Shown here: positions 1 through 6,896 of the stretch, in pieces
How the letters are laid out: each line of letters opens with the position of its first letter
Numbering within the stretch: the first letter of the stretch is position 1
Assembly: GCA_049967475.1 (NCBI GenBank)
Contig: JBMFSQ010000042.1
Span: 1-10,570 of the forward strand
DNA: 10,570 nucleotides
DNA from: Chthonomonadales bacterium
GTDB lineage: Bacteria > Armatimonadota > Chthonomonadetes > Chthonomonadales > CAJBBX01
Reading direction: 5' to 3'
The notes under the pieces: generated by a model
The model's input: only the letters and a program-made list of their open reading frames with translations
Told to the model about the DNA's origin: nothing
Database searches by the model: none
Made by a program: the position numbers and the translations under genes

Positions 1-76
1 GGGGGCCTCCCCCCGCCTGCGGGGGGAACGCAAAGGGGGCCTCCCCCCGCCTGCGGGGGGAACGCAAAGGGGGGCT
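1..76. repeat. Tandem REP-like palindromic repeat: two exact 34-bp units plus a partial third (may continue left of the window)
   Basis: GGGGGCCTCCCCCCGCCTGCGGGGGGAACGCAAA at 1-34 and 35-68, then GGGGGGCT. Each unit contains the inverted repeat CCCCCCGC-CT-GCGGGGGG. Same family as 10271-10342. Confidence 0.9.
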
Positions 77-83
77 CCCGGGC

Positions 84-113
84 TTGACAGAACCACACAA
101 CATCTGATACACT
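84..113 (+). promoter_or_regulatory. sigma70-type promoter for the ANTAR/amt cluster
   Basis: Perfect -35 TTGACA (84-89), 18-nt spacer, extended -10 TG-n-TACACT (105-113). Predicted start site about 119-121. Confidence 0.7.
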
Positions 114-120
114 ATCTCCA

Positions 121-212
121 CCCGACGATGGGGACGTTCACCTCCGCCCGGCACGCAGACGTTTGCCTCGCGAAGACCCAATGGTCCCAACGCCATCGTG
201 GGGTTTTTCTTT
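121..212 (+). promoter_or_regulatory. Structured 5' leader / putative transcription attenuator
   Basis: Hairpin TCCC-A-ACG-CCAT-CGT-GGGG (185-203) followed by TTTTTCTTT (204-212). The 5' segment 121-135 is complementary to both of its arms (ACGATGG 125-131 with CCATCGT 193-199; GGGAC 131-135 with GTCCC 184-188), giving mutually exclusive folds. Confidence 0.55.
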
Positions 213-256
213 GGCCGGAGCCGCCGCCGCGCCGCTCCAAACGACACCAAACAGCC

Positions 257-847
257 ATGTTTACCGGACGCATTATCATTGCAGACGACGATCCCGTTAT
301 CCGCATGGACCTGCGCGCCATGCTGGAGGAACTCGGCCACCAGGTGGTAGCCGCCGCAGAAAACGGCGAGGCCGCCTGGAAACTGGCCCAAACCCTCAAG
401 CCCGATCTCGTAATCCTAGACGTTATGATGCCCGGCATGGATGGCCTTCAGGCCGCCGCCCGCATCAGCAGCGAGCGCCTCGCGCCGGTCCTCCTGCTCA
501 CCGCTTACAGCGAAGCCCCCATGGTGGAACAGGCTACCCGGGCCGGCGTGCTGGCCTACCTCGTAAAACCCTTCCGCAAACAGGAACTTCAGCCCGCGGT
601 AGAAATCGCCCTCGCGCGCTTCCGCGAACTTTCTGCCCTCGAAGGCCAAATTGACGCCCTCCAGGAACAAATCGAAACCCGCAGAGCCGTCGGCCGCGCC
701 AAGGCAATCCTCATGCAGCGCTTCGGAGTGTCGGACCGCGAAGCCATGCGAAGGCTCCAGGCTCAAAGCCTCTCCCTAAACCGGTCCCTCAAACAAATCG
801 CCGAAGCCATCATCCTAACGGAGGAGATCAGCCCAACAAACAACTAG
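257..847 (+). CDS. Response regulator with receiver (REC) and ANTAR RNA-binding antiterminator domains (PdtaR/EutV/NasT-like), 196 aa
   Basis: REC motifs IIIADDD, DLVILDVMMP (phospho-acceptor Asp), LLTAYS and YLVKPF, then a coiled coil and ANTAR-like ETRRAVGRAKAILMQRFGVSDREAMRRLQ...LKQIAEAII. Start moved to ATG 257 because the REC domain begins there and the upstream in-frame extension overlaps the leader/terminator. Confidence 0.93.
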   Translation: MFTGRIIIADDDPVIRMDLRAMLEELGHQVVAAAENGEAAWKLAQTLKPDLVILDVMMPGMDGLQAAARISSERLAPVLLLTAYSEAPMVEQATRAGVLAYLVKPFRKQELQPAVEIALARFRELSALEGQIDALQEQIETRRAVGRAKAILMQRFGVSDREAMRRLQAQSLSLNRSLKQIAEAIILTEEISPTNN

Positions 848-1122
848 CCGCGCCGCTTCTTAATGACCCCTCCCCCACAAAATGCACTCCGGCCGCACCG
901 AAGCCCCGGAAGCCCATCATTCCCCCGAACGCCGCCGTTCGCCTTCGTCCGTAACGCGCTCTAGGCAGAGCACCGCAGGAACTTGCTCCTGCACCCAAAC
1001 CTCATACCGACTTCCTTCCAATGGCGGGGAAAGTCTGCCCGTACCGTGTACCGGCATGGCGCACCGCACTCCAACATCGCGGCGCCCATCGGCATCCACA
1101 CCATCGGAAGGAGGAACTCTCT

Positions 1123-2253
1123 GTGAAAAACCTGGTACTCTCTACCGGATTGGCTCTCGGGGCAACCTGCCTGATCCTGATCCGCCAACCCGCCCGCGCC
1201 GACGATGCGGGTAAAATCACCGTCACCGGCCTGCTGGACACGTACTACCAGTACAGCTTCAACCATCCGCCCGTAGGCGCTTCCATCGCAGGCCGCTCCT
1301 TCGACGTGAAGAACGACGCCTTCAGCCTGAGCCTGGCCGAAGTCAACCTGAAGCGGGAAGCCACACGCACCCTGCCGATCGGCTTTACCGCTACCCTTAC
1401 CCTGGGCAAAACCGCCGATCTCGTGCACGCCACCGAACCCGGAGGCGCCAACACCTACAAGTACCTTCAACAACTCTACGCCACCTACACAACAGGCGGA
1501 AAAAGACCGCTCACCGTGGACGTGGGCAAATTCGTAACCTACATGGGATACGAAGTCATCGAAAGCACAAACAACGACAACTACTCGCGGTCCCTGCTCT
1601 TCACCTACGCCATCCCGTTCTACCATATGGGCCTGCGCCTCACCTATCCGCTCTCGCCGCAAATCACGGGCCAGCTCCACCTGGTAAACGGCTGGAACAA
1701 CGTAGAAGACGACAACGGGGGCAAGTCCGTAGGCGCAGCGCTCCTATGAAACCCAACCCCCACCCTAAGCTGGGTAATCAACTACATGGGAGGCGATGAA
1801 GGCTCGGCCACTCCCAACGGCAGCGGAAGCTTCGGCGGCATCGGCTTCCCCGCTCCGGGCATCCTCAACGTCCAAATGCTGGATGTAAGTGCAACCTGGT
1901 TCCCGGCGCCGCGCCTCAAATTGGGCCTCAATGTGGATTACGCATCCGCATCCAAGCCAGGGGCAACCGGCGGCACCTGGAGCGGGCAAGCCCTCTATGC
2001 GCGATACCAAATGAACCCGGCAGCCGCCATCGCACTCCGCGGCGAGCACTTTGAAGACGGCGCAGGTCTGCGCACAGGAACCGCACAAAACCTTAACGAG
2101 ATTACGGTAACCTTAGAATACGCAGCAAAGGGCACATGGGTGAACCGGCTGGAATACCGCCACGATCACGCGGGCACCGCCTTCTTCGCCGCAGGAGGAG
2201 GCCCGGCCCACAGCCAGGACACTCTCACCCTTGCGCAGGTCCTCAAATTCTAG
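1123..2253 (+). pseudogene. Outer-membrane beta-barrel porin (putative beta-barrel porin-2 / DUF1597-like), 376 codons, interrupted by one in-frame TGA at 1747-1749 (nonsense mutation, sequencing error or readthrough)
   Basis: RBS AAGGAGG 1108-1114, GTG 1123, signal peptide ending ARA|DD. Family-like motifs LDTYYQYSFN, DVGKFVTYMGYEVIE, NDNYSRSLLF.YAIPFYHMGLR, LVNGWN and RLEYRHD; C-terminal Phe (QVLKF). ORFs 1021-1749 and 1786-2253 share a frame and read continuously KSVGAALL*NPTPTLSWVINYMGG. Confidence 0.85.
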
Positions 2254-2257
2254 TACA

Positions 2258-2291
2258 GCCGGCCCTGGGTGCCTTATATCACCTAGCCGGC
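2258..2291 (+). other. Intergenic stem-loop between porin and first antiporter
   Basis: GCCGG(CC)CTGGGTG-CCTTATAT-CACCTAGCCGGC, about 12 bp with a 2-nt bulge. No U-tract. Confidence 0.5.
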
Positions 2292-2305
2292 CGGATGTTG
2301 GGACA

Positions 2306-3493
2306 ATGGCGTCACCCCCAATCCTATATCAACTGGCAGCGGCGCTCGCTGCCGCCAAGCTCGGCGCCGAGGTCTGCACGCGGTGGCTTCATCAGCCGGC
2401 CGTGGTAGGCGAAATCGCGGCAGGCATCCTACTGGGCGGCGGGGCATTGGGCTGGGTGGATCCGGCCCATCCCGCCATAGCCACCCTCGCCTCCATCGGG
2501 GCCGTCCTCATGCTCTTCGAAGCGGGACTGGAAAGCACCCCCGGCGATCTGCTCAAGGCCGGCCCCGCGGCGCTATGGGTGGCGTCCGTAGGAGTTGCCC
2601 TCACACTGGGCGGGGCCTACGCCGTGATGCGCGCACTGGGGCATAGCGCTTCAGAGGCAGCGGTAGTGTCTGCCGCAATGAGCGCCACGAGCATAGGCAT
2701 CACCGTGCGCGTTCTGCAGGAGATGCACTCTATGCACCTCAAGGAAGCACGCGTCATCCTGGGGGCCGCAAGTGCCGATGACGTGATGGGGCTCCTCGTG
2801 CTCGCCGTGGCCATGGGGATGATCCAGGCACACGGCCCTGGCGCCGGCGCGTTGGCAAAGGCGGCCCTGGTAGCCCTGGGCTTCCTCGCAGGCTCTATGG
2901 CCGTGGGTCCCCTGCTGGCGCCGCGGCTGCTTGATTTGGCTCGAAGGATGCGCACTCCCGGATCCGTGGCAACAGCCGCCGTGGTACTCTGTTTGGCTGT
3001 GGCGGGCGCTGCCGAAGCAGTGAGCCTGGCGCCGGTGGTAGGGGCCTTTGCAGCCGGTTTGATGCTGGCGCCGTCCCGCCACGTGGAGCACCTGCGCACC
3101 CGGGTGGGACCTTTAACAGAGCTGTTCGTGCCTGTTTTCTTTGTCGTAATGGGAGCCCGCCTGGAGCTTGGGGGCATCAACCCCGTGTCGCCGGCCGGCC
3201 GAGCGGCCTGGCTCCTTGCGACAGTGCTTCTAGGGGTAGTGGTGGCGGCGCGCGCTCTTGCAGCATGGTCGCTCCCCGCAAAGCACATGCGCCGGGGACT
3301 GTTGGCCGCAGGGATGTTCCCTCGCGGCGAGGTAAGCCTCATCGCCGCCGGCATAGGGTTGGAGGCAGGCGTATTGCGGCCCGAAGTGTATCCCGCCGTA
3401 GTGCTCGTAGTCGTTGGAACCGCGCTTCTGGCGCCTTCTCTCATGAAGGCGGCCGCGCGCCGCATCGAAGAGGCGCAACGGGCGAACCCGTAA
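2306..3493 (+). CDS. Cation:proton antiporter, CPA2 family, NapA-like (paralogue 1), 395 aa
   Basis: Many hydrophobic helices. Motifs QPAVVGEIAAGILLG, LFEAGLES, SATSIGITVRVL, GAASADDVMGL, GAFAAGL, FVPVFFVVMGA and GMFPRGEV. No C-terminal KTN/RCK domain. Start chosen at ATG 2306. Confidence 0.9.
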   Translation: MASPPILYQLAAALAAAKLGAEVCTRWLHQPAVVGEIAAGILLGGGALGWVDPAHPAIATLASIGAVLMLFEAGLESTPGDLLKAGPAALWVASVGVALTLGGAYAVMRALGHSASEAAVVSAAMSATSIGITVRVLQEMHSMHLKEARVILGAASADDVMGLLVLAVAMGMIQAHGPGAGALAKAALVALGFLAGSMAVGPLLAPRLLDLARRMRTPGSVATAAVVLCLAVAGAAEAVSLAPVVGAFAAGLMLAPSRHVEHLRTRVGPLTELFVPVFFVVMGARLELGGINPVSPAGRAAWLLATVLLGVVVAARALAAWSLPAKHMRRGLLAAGMFPRGEVSLIAAGIGLEAGVLRPEVYPAVVLVVVGTALLAPSLMKAAARRIEEAQRANP

Positions 3494-3680
3494 GATCTTT
3501 ACAATTTGATTTGGGCTGCTCGATCGTGCAACGGGGCCGTTGCACCGGAGCATGGCGCTTCAACCATTTGGGGAACCGCAGCAACGCTGCGCGGATCCTG
3601 CGGAAAGCACACCGCCGCATCTGGGTGGTCGGTGCGCGCGAAGCGATCATACCGGGGCATCGGCCCCGTGGTGCACGTTC

Positions 3681-4916
3681 ATGGAGCTCAACACACTCAT
3701 ACAATTAGGCATCGTACTCGCCGTGGCTAAAGCCGCAGCCGAAGGCGCCGAGCGCCTCCTGCGCATGCCGCCCGTCCTGGGTGAAATCCTCGCGGGAGCC
3801 GTCATCGGCGGCAGCGGATTGGCCTGCATCCATGCATCCAACCCCTCGCTGGCCTTTCTGGCGGAGATCGGCGCCGTACTGCTCCTGCTGGAAGTGGGTT
3901 TAGCCAGCGAAGCGCGCCGCCTCATGCGCGTGGGCGGGGGCGCCCTCTGGGTGGCCGCTTGCGGAGTGGCCTTCACCGTCACCCTGTCCTACGCCGTCCT
4001 CAGCCGCATGAACACTCCTGCGCCCATCGCGCTCTTTGCTGCTGCATCGCTGTGCGCCACCTCCGTAGGCATCACAGCGCGCGTCTTCGCCGACCTGGGC
4101 CGCCTCCAAACGCGCGAGGCCCAGCTCGTCCTCGCAGCCGCCGTAGCCGACGATGTGTTGGGGCTTGTGCTCATCGCCGCGGTTACCGGGCTGGCCCTGC
4201 ACCACGCCTGGTCGCCCGCTTCCATTGGCCGAGTGCTCGCCCTGGCTGGCTTCTTCCTCACGGCCTCGCTGGTTCTCGGATCGCGCCTGGCGCCCCGGAT
4301 GCTCGGGATTGCCCACCGCATGCAAACCCGAGCAGCCCTCTCCACTTGGGCTGTGGCCTTCTGCATGGCCATGGCGGGTCTCGCCCAGGCGGCAGGCCTC
4401 GCAGCGATTGTGGGAGCCTTCGCCGCAGGGCTCCTGATGGCCAACACGGAGCATAAGGCCCACCTGCAAGGCCGCGTAAAGGCTGCCGCGGATCTGTTCG
4501 TGCCCGTCTTCTTCGTGATGATGGGCGCTAGAATGGACCTGCATCTGCTCAGCCCCGCCACGCCGTCGGGCCGGGCGTCGCTCGTTGTGGCCGGCCTGCT
4601 TCTGGCCGCCGTTACCGTGGGGAAGGTTTTGGCAGGCATCTCGGTGCCCATGCGGTCCATCGGCAGGCTTCAGGTAGGCATCGGCATGGTGCCCCAAGGG
4701 GAGGTAAGCCTCATTTCCGCCTCAATCGGCCTCGGAGCCGGCATCCTTCCCCACAGCCTGTACGCCGCCATGGTTCTGGTAGTGATCTTCAACACGCTCA
4801 TAACGCCGCCTTTGCTGAAGCTCACCGCCGCATCTTCAACCCAGAAAGGAGGGACGGAGTTCAAACCCATTGTAGAGAGTTCCGCAGCCTTGGGGAGGGA
4901 TGCCGGTGTTCCCTGA
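3681..4916 (+). CDS. Cation:proton antiporter, CPA2 family, NapA-like (paralogue 2), 411 aa
   Basis: Motifs PPVLGEILAGAVIG, LLEVGLAS, CATSVGITARVF, AAAVADDVLGL, GAFAAGL, FVPVFFVMMGA, VGKVLAG and GMVPQGEV. Colinear with paralogue 1. Start at ATG 3681 by alignment with the paralogue 1 N-terminus; GTGGTG upstream. Confidence 0.9.
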   Translation: MELNTLIQLGIVLAVAKAAAEGAERLLRMPPVLGEILAGAVIGGSGLACIHASNPSLAFLAEIGAVLLLLEVGLASEARRLMRVGGGALWVAACGVAFTVTLSYAVLSRMNTPAPIALFAAASLCATSVGITARVFADLGRLQTREAQLVLAAAVADDVLGLVLIAAVTGLALHHAWSPASIGRVLALAGFFLTASLVLGSRLAPRMLGIAHRMQTRAALSTWAVAFCMAMAGLAQAAGLAAIVGAFAAGLLMANTEHKAHLQGRVKAAADLFVPVFFVMMGARMDLHLLSPATPSGRASLVVAGLLLAAVTVGKVLAGISVPMRSIGRLQVGIGMVPQGEVSLISASIGLGAGILPHSLYAAMVLVVIFNTLITPPLLKLTAASSTQKGGTEFKPIVESSAALGRDAGVP

Positions 4917-5099
4917 CGCCACCCGAAGCTGCAGCCGGCACATCAACAGCGTGGTTGTGCGGAGGACCGGCTCCGCGCCTCTGCCAAGACCGGCCGCTTC
5001 CAGCGAGGGAAGCCGTCCGGCACCTGCCTTCCCGCAGGCAGACCCGATCATCGCGCGTCCTCTACGAGGCGCGCATCGCACAAGGGAAGGAGCAGAGAG

Positions 5100-6842
5100 A
5101 TGACACGCTTTACCCGCCGCATCACGCGGCCCGCAGCCCGCGCACTGCTTGGCCTTTGGCTGGCAGCCACGCTGCTGGCTGTATTCGCCAACGTGAAGGC
5201 GTTGGCCGACGGCCCCGCGCCGGATCCCAGCGGCACCGTAACGGGCACCGCTGCGAATGCCGCAAACGCGGCCGGCGCAGCAGCCTTCACCGCAGACGAA
5301 CTCAAATCCCTGGCACAAAACAAAGACAAGCCCGCAACCAATGGAGACCTGTTGAAGGCTCTGGATGCCGTGGGCCAGGGGCATATCGCCATCAACATCG
5401 TGTGGACGCTCATCACGGGCTTCCTCGTGATGTTCATGCAGGCCGGCTTCGCCATGGTGGAGACCGGCTTCTGCCGCGCCAAGAATGCCGCCCATGTGAT
5501 CATGACCAACTTCATGATCTATCCCATCGGCATGTTGGGATACTGGATCGCCGGCTTCGCCATCATGTTCGGAAGCATCGCCGCCAGCAAAATCGGCGGA
5601 CCGGCTTCCCTGGGCGGCCTCTCGGTATTGAACGGCCATGAGGTGAAGATCGGCAACTTCGGCATCATGGGCACGAAGGGCTTTCTGCTGGGGCCCGACG
5701 TCTACGACGTGGCCGTGTATACCATGTTCCTGTTTCAGATGGTGTTCATGGACACCACAGCCACCATCCCAACGGGCGCCATGGCCGAACGGTGGCGCTT
5801 CGCCGCGTTCATGGTGTACGGCTTCTTCGTGTCCATCATCGCCTACCCCATCTACGGCCACCTCGTGTGGGGCGGCGGAGGTCTGGCCATGTTGGGCCAA
5901 AACCTGGGGCTGGGGCACGGCACGGTGGATTTTGCAGGCAGCAGCGTCGTGCATGCTGTGGGCGGATTTATCGCCTTGGCCGGCGCAATGGTGCTGGGAC
6001 CGCGCATCGGGAAGTATTCCTCCGACGGCAAGCCCAATGCGATCCCCGGCCATCATATCCCCATGGCCATCATCGGCACCTTCATCCTCGCCTTCGGGTG
6101 GTTCGGCTTCAACCCCGGATCAACCCTGGGCGCGGTAGGAGGCGGAAACATCCGCATCGGCATCATCGCCACCAACACGATGCTGGCCTCTGCCGGCGGA
6201 GCCCTCTCTGCCATCCTCATGATGAAGGCGAAGTTCGGCAAGTTCGACCCCTCCATGGCAGCAAACGGAATGCTGGCAGGCCTCGTGGCCATCACGGCCC
6301 CTTGCGCCTTCGTCACGGCGTGGTCGGCTGTGGTGATCGGCCTCATCGCCGGCGTGCTGGTGGTGGCGTCGGTCTTCTTCTGGGAGAGGCACGGCGTAGA
6401 TGACCCCGTGGGCGCCGTGTCCGTCCACGGCGTATGCGGCATCTTCGGCCTCCTCTCGGTGGGCATCTTCGCCGACGGCACCTACGGAGCAGGATGGAAC
6501 GGGGTAGGAGCCGACAAGTACCTGGGCATAGCAGGCCGAGGTGTCACCGGCCTCATCTACGGCGACTGGAGGCAGTTCGCTGCCCAGGCCGTAGGCGCTG
6601 TGGTGTGCATGGCGTGGGCTTTCGGGAGCGCCTATGCGTTCTTCCGGCTGCAGAGCCTCTTCATGCGGCTGCGGCCTACCCCCGAAGAAGAGCTGCAAGG
6701 GCTGGACCTCCCCGAGATGGGCGCCTTCGCATATCCTGACTTCCAGCAACTGGACGCTACGTCACCCGGATCCCACACCGGCGGCACCGCAGTGCCCACC
6801 GTGCAGCCCCAAGCCGTTCCGAAACCCGCGGAGCAGTTCTAA
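5100..6842 (+). CDS. amt: Ammonium transporter (Amt family) with signal peptide and long N-terminal extension, 580 aa
   Basis: RBS AAGGAG 5087-5092. Motifs FLVMFMQAGFAMVETG, FQMVF, GAMAER, HLVWGGG, DFAGSSVVH, FGWFGFNPGS, NGMLAGLVAIT, DDPVGAVSVHG and EEELQGLD. Twin His and Phe gate retained. Confidence 0.96.
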   Translation: MTRFTRRITRPAARALLGLWLAATLLAVFANVKALADGPAPDPSGTVTGTAANAANAAGAAAFTADELKSLAQNKDKPATNGDLLKALDAVGQGHIAINIVWTLITGFLVMFMQAGFAMVETGFCRAKNAAHVIMTNFMIYPIGMLGYWIAGFAIMFGSIAASKIGGPASLGGLSVLNGHEVKIGNFGIMGTKGFLLGPDVYDVAVYTMFLFQMVFMDTTATIPTGAMAERWRFAAFMVYGFFVSIIAYPIYGHLVWGGGGLAMLGQNLGLGHGTVDFAGSSVVHAVGGFIALAGAMVLGPRIGKYSSDGKPNAIPGHHIPMAIIGTFILAFGWFGFNPGSTLGAVGGGNIRIGIIATNTMLASAGGALSAILMMKAKFGKFDPSMAANGMLAGLVAITAPCAFVTAWSAVVIGLIAGVLVVASVFFWERHGVDDPVGAVSVHGVCGIFGLLSVGIFADGTYGAGWNGVGADKYLGIAGRGVTGLIYGDWRQFAAQAVGAVVCMAWAFGSAYAFFRLQSLFMRLRPTPEEELQGLDLPEMGAFAYPDFQQLDATSPGSHTGGTAVPTVQPQAVPKPAEQF

Positions 6843-6848
6843 GCATTC

Positions 6849-6874
6849 GGCCTGGTGGAAGCACTCACCAGGCC
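6849..6874 (+). other. Intergenic stem-loop between amt and glnK
   Basis: Perfect 9-bp stem GGCCTGGTG / CACCAGGCC plus a G-U pair, loop AAGCAC, followed by CCCTTTC and the glnK RBS. Confidence 0.55.
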
Positions 6875-6896
6875 CCCTTTCAAGGAGGCATCGAGA

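Noticed and set aside
1..76. CRISPR array
   Set aside because: Units abut with no unique spacers, there are only 2-3 copies, and no cas genes are present.
124..145. Fluoride riboswitch (GATGG...GTTCACC resemblance)
   Set aside because: Spacing is wrong and the downstream conserved GCTGATGAC-like segment is absent.
128..256. N-terminal extension of the ANTAR ORF from ATG 128
   Set aside because: Not domain-like, and it runs through the leader hairpin and U-tract. The REC domain starts at ATG 257.
1747..1775. Selenocysteine codon or alternative genetic code in the porin
   Set aside because: The downstream hairpin is only 4 bp and lacks a convincing SECIS loop, there is no redox-motif context, and TGA terminates other genes here while Trp is encoded by TGG.
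1786..2253. Independent 155-aa gene
   Set aside because: It is the in-frame C-terminal half of the porin and has no signal peptide or good RBS.
3490..3502. NtcA box or TnrA/GlnR box
   Set aside because: GTA-N7-TAC is one base short of GTA-N8-TAC and does not fit TGTNA-N7-TNACA.
4936..4950. sigma54-like CGGCAC-N5-CAGC before amt1
   Set aside because: Spacing is right, but the TTGC element is poor. Likely chance at this GC content.
5100..5130. Tat signal in Amt1 (TRR)
   Set aside because: It lacks the RRxFLK consensus, and a polytopic membrane protein is unlikely to be a Tat substrate.
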